The position numbers and the translations under genes were made by a program. The notes below the pieces were generated by a model. The model worked only from the letters and a program-made list of their open reading frames with translations, did no database searches and was not told the origin of the DNA. From Chloroflexota bacterium (GTDB taxonomy: Bacteria; Chloroflexota; Dehalococcoidia; E44-bin15): 64,000 nt of DNA. The stretch is taken from positions 32,207-96,206 of the forward strand of contig JAXHUE010000002.1 in NCBI GenBank assembly GCA_034189655.1. Reading direction: 5' to 3'. Shown here one piece after another: positions 1-8,521 of the stretch (its first letter is position 1; each line of letters opens with the position of its first letter).

Positions 1-471
<471 letters not shown>

Positions 472-492
472 GCTATGCCCCCGGACTCCGCT

Positions 493-1029
493 CTAGTAAT
501 CGATACCCCTCCGCGCCTCGATGCCTCTCTGGAAGGGGTGTTTTACGTCTGTCATCGCTGTCACCAGGTCGGCCCTGTCGATGAGCCTGGGGTCGGCGTG
601 GCGGCCAGTGAGGATGAGCTCAACGTTCTGTGGCCTGTCCTCGATGAGCTGGATGACTGCCTCGATGTCGACTAGCCCCCACGAGGCGGCCAGGTTTATC
701 TCGTCGAGGACCACCACGTCGAAGTCGCCGCTATGGATGGCACGCCGGGCCGCCTCCAGTGCCTTTCTCGCCTCCTCCCGCTCCTCTGCCTTTATGTCCT
801 GCGGGTCGACGAAGTGCTCGTGGCCGTAGCTTTCGAAGCTGGCGTTGGGGAGCTGGGCGAGCGTCGTGCGCTCGCCGTACGGGTAGTCGCCCTTCATGAA
901 GTAGATGATGTGGGCCTTGAGCCCCTGTCCCAGTGCACGCAGCACCACTCCCAGTGCCGCCGAGGTCTTGCCCTTGCCGTTACCGGTGAATACCTCTACC
1001 AGTCCCCGGGCTAGCGGTTCTCTGTCCAT
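493..1029 (-). CDS. cobO: Cob(I)yrinic acid a,c-diamide / cob(I)alamin adenosyltransferase, CobA/CobO/BtuR type
   Basis: 178 aa with P-loop GNGKGKTSAA. Size and overall similarity fit the CobA/BtuR family. Lies immediately upstream of the mutase fragment. Confidence 0.85.
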   Translation of the reverse strand: MDREPLARGLVEVFTGNGKGKTSAALGVVLRALGQGLKAHIIYFMKGDYPYGERTTLAQLPNASFESYGHEHFVDPQDIKAEEREEARKALEAARRAIHSGDFDVVVLDEINLAASWGLVDIEAVIQLIEDRPQNVELILTGRHADPRLIDRADLVTAMTDVKHPFQRGIEARRGIDY

Positions 1030-1255
1030 GCCGATAGAGTAAAAAGCCGTCCTCTATTATCGATCACGAAAAAAGCTCATAGGGACGACAGGCCATCCTC
1101 ACTATTCACTGCACCTCAAGTCTAGCAATAGCGTGTGGGGTTGTCAATAATACTTTCGCATACATTGCGGCGGCTGAATGTACCTCGAACAGCTATCGTC
1201 GTAGTGGGGGGAATTTTTCTGCTCGCAGTGATATAATAGCCTCCGAGGAGGGAGC

Positions 1256-1777
1256 ATGAAGACCTTCAACAAGAGGGGAGACGGTGGGGAGACCAGCCTG
1301 CTCTACGGCGGCCGGGTGTCCAAGAGCGACCAGCGCTGTGAGGCCTACGGGACCATCGACGAGGCGGTCTCTGCGCTGGGGCTGGCGCGGGCGCTGGCGG
1401 GGAAGGAGCGGGTCCGGGATATCTGCCGTGGCGTGCAGGAGGAGCTCTTCGTGGTCGGTGCTGAGCTGGCCACCGCGGAAGACCAGTACCAGAAGCTGGT
1501 GTCACGCAAGGGCGTGGTCACCGATGAGATGGTGCAGCGGCTGGAGGCCGCCATAGATGGGCTGGAGGGCGAGATGGAGATGCCCAGGGTGTTCGTCATA
1601 CCGGGCGCATCGGCGGGGGGGGCGGCGCTGGACCTGGCACGCACCATAATAAGGAGGGTGGAGAGGAGGGTGGTGGAGCTTAGGGACGATGGCAAGGTGC
1701 CGAACGAGAGGGTTCTCCAGTACTTGAACAGGCTGGCCGACCTGGTATTCACACTGGCCCGCTACGAAGAGATGTAA
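1256..1777 (+). CDS. ATP:cob(I)alamin adenosyltransferase, PduO/MMAB type
   Basis: 173 aa. N-terminal motif KRGDGGETSLLYGGRVSK matches the PduO-type family signature. Upstream TATAAT-like box at about 1233 and RBS GGAGGG. Confidence 0.8.
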   Translation: MKTFNKRGDGGETSLLYGGRVSKSDQRCEAYGTIDEAVSALGLARALAGKERVRDICRGVQEELFVVGAELATAEDQYQKLVSRKGVVTDEMVQRLEAAIDGLEGEMEMPRVFVIPGASAGGAALDLARTIIRRVERRVVELRDDGKVPNERVLQYLNRLADLVFTLARYEEM

Positions 1778-1788
1778 GGAGGGACGGT

Positions 1789-2991
1789 TTGCTCGATTTC
1801 AGGTTCACCGAGGGGCAGGAGCTGCTGCGCAACAACGTGAGGAGGTTCGGGCGAGACAGGGTGGCCCCCATCCTCGACCAGATGGAGGAGGAGCGGGAGA
1901 TACCCGATGGTATCGTAAAAGGCCTCGCCGACATGGGGCTGGCCGCCATGTCGATTTCGGAGGCCTGGGGCGGCGGCGGCCTCGATGCCGTGGCCGCTGG
2001 CATCGCCGCCGAGGAGCTGGCCTATGCCGACAGCAGCTGCGCCATACCGGCCTTCTTTCTCATCCAGAACGCCTGGGGCTACGTGCTCGACAAGTACGGC
2101 ACGGCGCAGGCAAAGGGGGAGGTGTTTCCTGCGCTAAAGAGGGGGGACGCCTTCCTCGGCATCGCCACGACGGAGCCCGACATCGGCTCTGACCTCGCAG
2201 GGATGAAGACCACCATCGCCAGGGAGGGCGATGGCTATGTGATAAATGGCGAGAAGAGCTACATCAGCGGGGTGAGGGAGGTGCAGCGCTACGGCGGCGG
2301 CTACGTGGTGCTGGCCCGCATGGCCCCGGAGCTGGGCACCAGGGGGATGACACTGTTCTACCTGCCCGTGGACGGCACTCCTGGGATCGAGATACACTAC
2401 CTGGAGGAGCTGGGACGGGAGGGGGTGTCCTGGGGCGGCTTCTACATAGACGGCGTGCACATCCCGGGGCACTACCTGATCGGCGAGGAGAACCGCGGCT
2501 TCTACATCGTGCACGAGGGCTACGAGTTCGCCCGGGGGATGATAGCGCTGGTGTGCATCGGCGCCGCCACCAGGTCGCTGGAGAACGCCATGGGCTACAT
2601 GAGGGAGCGCCGCGCCTTCGGCCGCGCCATCGCCCACTACGAGGGGCTGCAGTTCGCCCTGGCCGAGGACTACAGCAGGGTCGAGGCGGCACGTCTCCTG
2701 GCCTACCGTGCCCTGTGGCTCTACGATAGGGAGCAGAAGGGGGAGGCCGTGTCCCGCTTCGAGGTGTCCAAGGCGGTGGCCATGGCCAAGATGCTGGCGC
2801 CGGTCTGGGCATTTGCCGCCATCAACGATGCCATGCAGTGGCAGGGGGCCTTCGGCTACTCCAGGAGGTGCCAGGAGCAGCGGGCGCTCAGGGGGGTGAG
2901 GTCGTTCACCCTCGCCGAGGGCTCTACGGAGGTGATGAAGCTCATCGTGGCCAGGGAGCTCTTGGGAAGGGAGTTTCTGGCGTACCGGTAG
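1789..2991 (+). CDS. Acyl-CoA dehydrogenase family protein
   Basis: 400 aa with typical ACAD N-terminal helical, middle beta and C-terminal helical regions (e.g. GIATTEPDIGSD). TTG start 12 nt after the previous stop, with a GGAGGG RBS. Confidence 0.8.
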   Translation: MLDFRFTEGQELLRNNVRRFGRDRVAPILDQMEEEREIPDGIVKGLADMGLAAMSISEAWGGGGLDAVAAGIAAEELAYADSSCAIPAFFLIQNAWGYVLDKYGTAQAKGEVFPALKRGDAFLGIATTEPDIGSDLAGMKTTIAREGDGYVINGEKSYISGVREVQRYGGGYVVLARMAPELGTRGMTLFYLPVDGTPGIEIHYLEELGREGVSWGGFYIDGVHIPGHYLIGEENRGFYIVHEGYEFARGMIALVCIGAATRSLENAMGYMRERRAFGRAIAHYEGLQFALAEDYSRVEAARLLAYRALWLYDREQKGEAVSRFEVSKAVAMAKMLAPVWAFAAINDAMQWQGAFGYSRRCQEQRALRGVRSFTLAEGSTEVMKLIVARELLGREFLAYR

Positions 2992-3600
2992 ATGATAGCG
3001 ATAATCGACTACGGCGCTGGCAACCTGCGCAGCGTGGCCAAGGCCATCGCCAGGCTGGGCTATGAGGCGAGGGTCACCAGCGACCCCGCCGACGTGCTCT
3101 CCGCCGACGTGGTCTTCCTGCCCGGCGTCGGCGCCGCCGGCGATACCATGGACAGCCTGGTCTCACTGGGCATGGTGGGGCCTTTGAGGAGCGTCATCGC
3201 GGCCGACCGCCCCTTCTTCGGCATATGCCTGGGGCTCCAGGTGCTGCTCACCTTCTCCGAGGAGGGCGGCGGCCAGGGGTGTCTCGACGTCATCCCGGGC
3301 CGGGTGAGGGGGCTCCCCCCGCGGGTGAGGGTGCCCCATATCGGGTGGAACCAGGTGGTGCAGCGGGTGTCCCATCCCCTGTTTGCCGGGATACCCGACG
3401 GGGCCAACTTCTACTTCCTCCACAGCTACTACGCCGATGTCGAGGACGGGGCGCTCGTCGCCGCCGAGACCGAGTACGGGATACGCTTTACCAGCGTGGT
3501 TGTCAGGGGAAACCTGGTGGCCACACAGTTTCACCCGGAGAAGAGCGGCACGGTGGGCCTTCGCCTGTTCGACAACTTCTTGAGGCACTATTTGGGATAG
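2992..3600 (+). CDS. hisH: Imidazole glycerol phosphate synthase, glutamine amidotransferase subunit HisH
   Basis: 202 aa. MIAIIDYGAGNLRSV...GICLGLQ...FHPEKS class I GATase motifs. Start ATG overlaps the upstream stop (TAGATG). Confidence 0.9.
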   Translation: MIAIIDYGAGNLRSVAKAIARLGYEARVTSDPADVLSADVVFLPGVGAAGDTMDSLVSLGMVGPLRSVIAADRPFFGICLGLQVLLTFSEEGGGQGCLDVIPGRVRGLPPRVRVPHIGWNQVVQRVSHPLFAGIPDGANFYFLHSYYADVEDGALVAAETEYGIRFTSVVVRGNLVATQFHPEKSGTVGLRLFDNFLRHYLG

Positions 3601-3605
3601 GGGAC

Positions 3606-4319
3606 ATGGAGGTCATTCCGGCAATAGACTTGAAGGGGGGGAGGTGTGTCCGCCTCTACCAGGGCGACTACAGCCAGGAGACGGTGTTCTCTGATGAGCC
3701 GGTGGAGGTGGCCCGGCGCTGGCAGGGCTTAGGTGCCCGCAGGCTCCACGTCGTCGACTTAGACGGCGCAGCCCGCGGCGAGGTGTGCCATGCCGCCATC
3801 GTCGCCGAGATAGCGCGGGCGGTCGATATCCCCCTCCAGCTCGGTGGCGGGCTGCGCCGCATCGAGGCCGTGGAGCAGGTGCTGGCGCTGGGGGTGGAGC
3901 GCGCCATCCTGGGCACGGCGGCCATCTGGGACCGTGACCTCGTCGCCGAGGCCTGCCGCCGCTTCGGGGGACGCATAGTGGTCAGCATCGATGCCCGCGA
4001 CGGCTATGTCTCTACCCACGGCTGGCAGGAGCGCTCCGAGGTAGAGGCCAGCGCCCTCGTGGAGCAGATGGTCGCCCTGGGCGTGGGGCGCCTGGTGTAC
4101 ACCGATATCTCGCGCGACGGCACCCTCACCGAGCCCAACTTCGGCGCTATCGCCGAGCTGGCGGCGCGGGCAGCGGTGCCCGTCATCGCCTCCGGGGGCA
4201 TCTCGTCGCTCGAGCACATACGCAGGCTGTCCCGGCTCGGCGTGGAGGGGGCTATAGTGGGCCGTGCCCTCTACAGCGGCGACCTCGACCTGGCGCAGGC
4301 CCTGGCCGCGGCTGCGTAG
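3606..4319 (+). CDS. hisA: ProFAR isomerase HisA
   Basis: MEVIPAIDLKGGRCVRL...VVDLDGA...ASGGISS. True start is the internal ATG at 3606; the ORF-track start at 3225 is a frame extension overlapping hisH. Confidence 0.9.
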   Translation: MEVIPAIDLKGGRCVRLYQGDYSQETVFSDEPVEVARRWQGLGARRLHVVDLDGAARGEVCHAAIVAEIARAVDIPLQLGGGLRRIEAVEQVLALGVERAILGTAAIWDRDLVAEACRRFGGRIVVSIDARDGYVSTHGWQERSEVEASALVEQMVALGVGRLVYTDISRDGTLTEPNFGAIAELAARAAVPVIASGGISSLEHIRRLSRLGVEGAIVGRALYSGDLDLAQALAAAA

Positions 4320-4387
4320 CGGGGCCGGTGCCTCGCGTGGGCGCTACATGAGCGACGGCACTTTCGGATTGAAGGAGTGAGTGGCCG

Positions 4388-5032
4388 ATGCACCCAGCCC
4401 TGGTCGCCGTTTTAAGCGTAGTAGGGGCGTGGCTCTTCTGTTTCCTGGTGGTGATGCGTATCGTGCGCAAGGCCCGCCCCGTGCCCATGGCCGCCTTTGC
4501 CGTCCCCGTGCTGGACAACCCTCTGCGCCGCCTCGTGCAGCGCCCGTCACGGACGCTTGAGCGCATGGGGATAGGCCGGGGGATGAGGGTGCTGGAGCTG
4601 GGGCCGGGCGCCGGCTTCTTCTCCGTGGAGGCGGCGCGCCGCGTGGGCGGCACGGGCATTCTGTGCAGCGTGGACATCGCACCCTCGCTCGTCGCCAGGC
4701 TCAAGGGCAAGGTGGCCAGGGAGGGCACGGGCAACTGGGCCGCCGTGGTGGGTGACGGCCAGCGCCTCCCGTTTGCCGACGCCAGCTTCGACCACGCCTT
4801 CCTGGTGACCGTCCTCGGCGAGATACCGGACAAGGAGGCGGCGCTGGGGGAGCTGCACCGGGTGCTCGCGCCGGGAGGGGTGCTCTCCGTGTGTGAGATG
4901 CTCCCCGACCCCGACTACTGCCTGGCCAGCACCACTATCGGCCTGTGCCGCGGGGCCGGGTTCGAGGTCGCCCGGAGGTGGGGCAACTTCTTCGTCTATA
5001 CCATAAACTTCAGGCGGGACGGGCAATGCTGA
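4388..5032 (+). CDS. Class I SAM-dependent methyltransferase with N-terminal transmembrane helix
   Basis: 214 aa. N-terminal hydrophobic helix, then [12 protein letters not shown] (motif I) and a D/E acidic motif typical of UbiE/COQ5-like methyltransferases. Inserted between hisA and hisF; overlaps the hisF start by 7 nt. Confidence 0.7.
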   Translation: MHPALVAVLSVVGAWLFCFLVVMRIVRKARPVPMAAFAVPVLDNPLRRLVQRPSRTLERMGIGRGMRVLELGPGAGFFSVEAARRVGGTGILCSVDIAPSLVARLKGKVAREGTGNWAAVVGDGQRLPFADASFDHAFLVTVLGEIPDKEAALGELHRVLAPGGVLSVCEMLPDPDYCLASTTIGLCRGAGFEVARRWGNFFVYTINFRRDGQC

Positions 5033-5829
5033 CCAAGCGCATAGTACCATGCCTGGATGTCACTGGGGGCAGGGTGGTGAAGGGGACGGGCTTCGTGCAC
5101 TTGAGAGATGCCGGCGACCCGGTGGAGCTCGCCGCCTTCTACGACAGCGAGGGCGCCGACGAGCTGGTATTCCTCGACATAACGGCGTCCTCGGACGCAC
5201 GCGAGATCATGGTGGACGTCGTGGAGCGGGTCTCGGACCAGGTGTTCATACCGCTCACCGTGGGCGGCGGGCTCAGGAGCGTTGAGGATATGCGCTCCAT
5301 ACTGGAGGCCGGGGCCGACAAGGTGTCGATAAACACCGCTGCCGTCTTGAACCCGGCGCTCATCGGGGAGGGGGCCGCCAGGTTCGGCCAGCAGTGCATG
5401 GTGGTGGCCATCGATACCGCGCGGGTGGAGGGGGTGGTGGAGGCGCAGTGCGCGGGGCCCCTCGCCGTCGGCCCGGGGACGGGGTGGCAGGTCTACACCC
5501 ACGGTGGCAGGAGACCCACGGGCATAGACGCCGTGGCGTGGGCACGCTACGCCGTGGAGATGGGGGCGGGCGAGCTCCTGGTGACAAGCATGGACGCCGA
5601 CGGCCACGAGGCGGGGTACGACCTGGGGCTGATACGCGCCGTGGTGGAGGCGGTAAACGTGCCGGTGATAGCGAGTGGCGGTGCCGGCACACTGGAGCAC
5701 CTCCACCAGGCCATCTGCGTCGGTGGGGCCGATGCCGTGCTCGCCGCGAGCATATTCCACTACGGCACCTATACCATTCGCCAGGCCAAGGAATACCTGG
5801 CCGGGCAGGGCATTGCAGTGAGACTATAG
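5026..5829 (+). CDS. hisF: Imidazole glycerol phosphate synthase cyclase subunit HisF
   Basis: [12 protein letters not shown]...[10 protein letters not shown]...GGGLRS...IASGGAG. True start ATG at 5026 (the ORF track extends to 4945). About 20-aa insertion relative to typical HisF. Confidence 0.9.
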   Translation: MLTKRIVPCLDVTGGRVVKGTGFVHLRDAGDPVELAAFYDSEGADELVFLDITASSDAREIMVDVVERVSDQVFIPLTVGGGLRSVEDMRSILEAGADKVSINTAAVLNPALIGEGAARFGQQCMVVAIDTARVEGVVEAQCAGPLAVGPGTGWQVYTHGGRRPTGIDAVAWARYAVEMGAGELLVTSMDADGHEAGYDLGLIRAVVEAVNVPVIASGGAGTLEHLHQAICVGGADAVLAASIFHYGTYTIRQAKEYLAGQGIAVRL

Positions 5830-5844
5830 GAGGACTGGCAGACC

Positions 5845-6162
5845 ATGCTCAAATTCGATGACAAGGGGCTCATCGCCGCCATCATCCAGGACGCTGAGAG
5901 CGGAGAGGTGCTCATGCTGGGGTACATGAACGAGGAGTCCCTCAAGAGGACGCGAGAGAGCGGCCAGGCCTGGTTCTACAGCCGCAGCCGCCAGGAGCTG
6001 TGGCACAAGGGTGCGACGTCGGGGAACTACCTAGACGTCTGCGCCATCTGGAAGGACTGCGACGCGGACGCACTGCTGGTGAAGGTGAGGCCCCACGGGC
6101 CTGTCTGCCATACCGGGAACAGGAGCTGCTTCTACCGCGAGCTGGACGGCCCCGAGGAGTAG
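5845..6162 (+). CDS. hisI: Phosphoribosyl-AMP cyclohydrolase HisI
   Basis: 105 aa. LIAAIIQD...CHTG...SCFY motifs. RBS GGAGGA upstream. Confidence 0.9.
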   Translation: MLKFDDKGLIAAIIQDAESGEVLMLGYMNEESLKRTRESGQAWFYSRSRQELWHKGATSGNYLDVCAIWKDCDADALLVKVRPHGPVCHTGNRSCFYRELDGPEE

Positions 6163-6206
6163 CCGAAGGCCGCGCCCGCTCGTGGCACCGTGCCGGTTCA
6201 TAGAGA

Positions 6207-6233
6207 GAAGGGCCGCCTCTGGGCGGCCCCTTC
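6207..6233. terminator. Bidirectional intrinsic terminator between hisI (+) and rpmE (-)
   Basis: GAAGGGCCGCC-tct-GGCGGCCCCTTC perfect GC-rich hairpin at the convergent junction, flanked by A/T on both sides. Confidence 0.6.
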
Positions 6234-6448
6234 TATGTCGCTGGCCCCTGTCTCTTCTCGTAGCGCCTCTTGAAGCGCTCCACCCTGCCCGCGGTGTCTA
6301 CGATGCGCCGCTCCCCGGTGAAGAAGGGGTGGCACTTGCTGCATATCTCGACCTTGAGCAACGGCTTGGTGGAGCGAGTGGTGAAGGTGTTGCCGCAGGC
6401 GCAGGTCACCTGCGCCTCGTCGTAGTGGGGGTGAATCTTTTCCTTCAT
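6233..6448 (-). CDS. rpmE: 50S ribosomal protein L31
   Basis: 71 aa. MKEKIHPHY...CACGN...[10 protein letters not shown] is the canonical zinc-ribbon-type L31. Confidence 0.95.
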   Translation of the reverse strand: MKEKIHPHYDEAQVTCACGNTFTTRSTKPLLKVEICSKCHPFFTGERRIVDTAGRVERFKRRYEKRQGPAT

Positions 6449-6454
6449 ATCGCC

Positions 6455-6709
6455 TTATGCGCCGTAGACGCTTACCTTCTTTCTCTCTTTGGTTGCCGGC
6501 TCGAACCTGACCACGCCGTCGGTCAAGGCATAGAGTGTGTGGTCGCGCCCCACACCGACGTTGACCCCGGGGCGGATGCGGGTGCCCCGCTGCCGCACGA
6601 TGATGGTGCCGGCGTTCACGTGCTGCCCGTCGGAGCGTTTCACTCCCAGCCGCTTCGACTGGCTGTCTCTCCCCAGCTTGGTGCTTCCGCCACCCTTTTT
6701 ATGTGCCAT
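6455..6709 (-). CDS. rpmA: 50S ribosomal protein L27
   Basis: [62 protein letters not shown] is nearly identical to the L27 consensus. Real start is the ATG at 6709; the 184-aa track ORF is an upstream frame extension. Confidence 0.95.
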   Translation of the reverse strand: MAHKKGGGSTKLGRDSQSKRLGVKRSDGQHVNAGTIIVRQRGTRIRPGVNVGVGRDHTLYALTDGVVRFEPATKERKKVSVYGA

Positions 6710-6759
6710 CTCCCTGTCCTGCCTCTTGTCCTGGAGTTGTGTGTGCCCCGGCCCGGGGC

Positions 6760-7092
6760 CTACATGTACATGTTCGCTATCAGCATGGGGACGAAGATCG
6801 TCACCGCGCTCACAGTGAGCCCCAGTATCACCAGGCAGCCCACTACGGCTGCGGCCGTGGCCAGGCCCCGGCTGGTGCCCCCCTCGGCGACGGTGTGGCG
6901 CCTGACCATGCCGCCGAATATGGAGAATATGGCGAAGGCGCCCGCTATGCCCCACAGTGCGAACGAGGCCACGCTGTGAGGCCACCAGAAGTGGAACATG
7001 AAGGTCCATATCGCGATGACGCTCGATGCGTATATGACGATATCGCCTGTGGTGTAGGCCCTCTCCCTGGTGTCTCCCGTCTCTGCGCTCAT
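6760..7092 (-). CDS. Small integral membrane protein (about 3 TM helices) encoded between rplU and rpmA
   Basis: 110 aa, strongly hydrophobic segments with aromatic-rich stretch FMFHFWWPH. No recognised family. Sits where Firmicutes carry the Prp (ysxB) protease. Confidence 0.5.
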   Translation of the reverse strand: MSAETGDTRERAYTTGDIVIYASSVIAIWTFMFHFWWPHSVASFALWGIAGAFAIFSIFGGMVRRHTVAEGGTSRGLATAAAVVGCLVILGLTVSAVTIFVPMLIANMYM

Positions 7093-7093
7093 G

Positions 7094-7405
7094 CTAGCTC
7101 ACGATCTCCTTGATGGCCAGCCTGGTGTAGGGCTGGCGGTGTCCCTTGCGGCGGCGGTAGCGCACCTTGGGCTTGTACTTGTACACCACCACCTTGGCCC
7201 CCTTGCCCGCGGCGACGACCTCGGCGATGACCTTGGCCCCGGCAACGGTGGGAGAGCCTACGGACACATTGTCCCCGTCGGCCACGAGCAGCACCTGGTC
7301 GAGCTCAACGGTGCTCCCTTCCTCTGCGGGGAGACGCTCGACGAAGACGGTATCTCCCGGAGATACCCGGTACTGCTTCCCTCCGGTTCGAACTATGGCG
7401 TAGAT
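7094..7405 (-). CDS. rplU: 50S ribosomal protein L21; start codon appears to be AUC
   Basis: Translation (I)YAIVRTGGKQYRVSPGDTVFVERL...KPKVRYRRRKGHRQPYTRLAIKEIVS aligns residue-for-residue with L21 (MYAIIKTGGKQ...). There is an in-frame TAG 4 codons upstream, no ATG/GTG/TTG at the aligned position, and AGGAGG 6 nt before ATC. Confidence 0.8.
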   Translation of the reverse strand: MYAIVRTGGKQYRVSPGDTVFVERLPAEEGSTVELDQVLLVADGDNVSVGSPTVAGAKVIAEVVAAGKGAKVVVYKYKPKVRYRRRKGHRQPYTRLAIKEIVS

Positions 7406-7436
7406 GCCCTTCCTCCTCTAGGTATTCCAAATAGCT

Positions 7437-7465
7437 ATTGTAGCAGCTACGCCCTGGGCTGTCAA
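7437..7465 (-). promoter_or_regulatory. Sigma-70-type promoter for the rplU operon (TTGACA-17-TACAAT on minus strand)
   Basis: rc of 7460-7465 is TTGACA and rc of 7437-7442 is TACAAT, with a 17-nt spacer. About 30 nt upstream of the rplU RBS. Confidence 0.6.
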
Positions 7466-7473
7466 CGTCGGGG

Positions 7474-8427
7474 CTACTGCTCCTCCTCCTGCAGCGCCTC
7501 GACCAGGGCCTCGATCTCGTCCACGGTGGCCGTGAGCGAGGCGAGGGCACACCGGCCCCCGCTCGATATCTCCACCCTCTCCAGGAGAGGCCCGGCCTCG
7601 GGTGGGAAGTCCTCGCTTAGAGGGATGAAGGTCTTGGCGGTGAGGAGCAGGGCGGCGAACGTGTTGGCCAGGGCAGAGGAGGTGAAGCACACCTTGACCT
7701 CTATGGTGACGTCCGGCCCCACCTTGTTGAGGCTGGCGCCCACCGCCTCCACGCTCTCCATCGTCTCTTCGTCAATGGGGATATCGTCGCCGGACACCTC
7801 GTCGATCGCCTGTGGCGGTATCTCTGCCGCCACCTTGACCCACACGTCGCCGAACGCAGTGTAGGTGTCGGCCACCGGGCCGCTTATCGGGGCCGCGTAG
7901 CCGACGGCGACATCGATGCCGTCGCGCACCGCCTCGTAGGTGCCGGCGATCACCATGGTGCTGCTCAAGAAGCAGAGGGCGCTCTCCCCGGTGGAGTCGG
8001 TGTATATCTGGTACCCCTGGTATTGGCCCGGGATCAGCTCCTCTCCGCTCTCCTGCTCGATGGCGTCGAGGAGTGCCCCCTGGTCGAACTGGCCTTCCAG
8101 GATGAAGGCCACGTAGTCCTCGACCTCACTGTCGGCGAACAGCACCATCTCGGTGAAGTCCCTGGGGTCGATGCCTGTCTCCGCCGTTACCTGTGCCAGC
8201 GCCTCGTCCACCGTCTGCGGCATGCCCGGGTCCTTCTCCGCCTGGTCGTAGGCCTCTATCAGGTCGGGGTCGGTGAGGATATCGTCTATCTGGATGCAGG
8301 CGATGGTGTTGGCCCGCTGCGGCAGGGGGTCGGTCACCGGCTCTGGAGCAGGGGGTGTGCACCCGGCCCCTACCACGGCGATGACCAGGGCGAGCGCGAT
8401 AGTGGCTGATACCGCCCTCTTCATCAT
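7474..8427 (-). CDS. Secreted/lipoprotein-like acidic protein of unknown function
   Basis: Signal peptide MMKRAVSATIALALVIAVVGAGC (lipobox-like GAGC), then a highly acidic soluble domain. Start placed at the ATG preceded by GGAGGTG. Confidence 0.6.
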   Translation of the reverse strand: MMKRAVSATIALALVIAVVGAGCTPPAPEPVTDPLPQRANTIACIQIDDILTDPDLIEAYDQAEKDPGMPQTVDEALAQVTAETGIDPRDFTEMVLFADSEVEDYVAFILEGQFDQGALLDAIEQESGEELIPGQYQGYQIYTDSTGESALCFLSSTMVIAGTYEAVRDGIDVAVGYAAPISGPVADTYTAFGDVWVKVAAEIPPQAIDEVSGDDIPIDEETMESVEAVGASLNKVGPDVTIEVKVCFTSSALANTFAALLLTAKTFIPLSEDFPPEAGPLLERVEISSGGRCALASLTATVDEIEALVEALQEEEQ

Positions 8428-8475
8428 GACGCACCTCCACACTAGTGGAGAATGATACCACCTCTTGCCTCATAA

Positions 8476-8503
8476 TGTCAAAGCGGCACGGCTCTGCTAT
8501 AAT
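8476..8503 (+). promoter_or_regulatory. Promoter for the radical SAM gene (TGTCAA-16-TATAAT)
   Basis: TATAAT at 8498-8503 with a -35-like TGTCAA. Followed by GAGGAGAGG RBS and the ATG at 8522. Confidence 0.5.
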
Positions 8504-8521
8504 GAAGTGCAGAGGAGAGGC

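Noticed and set aside
1030-1255. Cobalamin riboswitch expected upstream of cobO-mutase or the PduO-type gene
   Set aside because: I could not find the B12-box (AGYCMGGAGACCKGCC-like) or GCCACUG elements on either strand. Only ordinary promoter-like hexamers and a small AUAGAG/CUCUAU hairpin.
3225-3605. N-terminal 127-codon extension of the hisA ORF
   Set aside because: Overlaps hisH in another frame and is Arg/Pro/Gly-rich nonsense. The conserved HisA N-terminus begins at the ATG at 3606.
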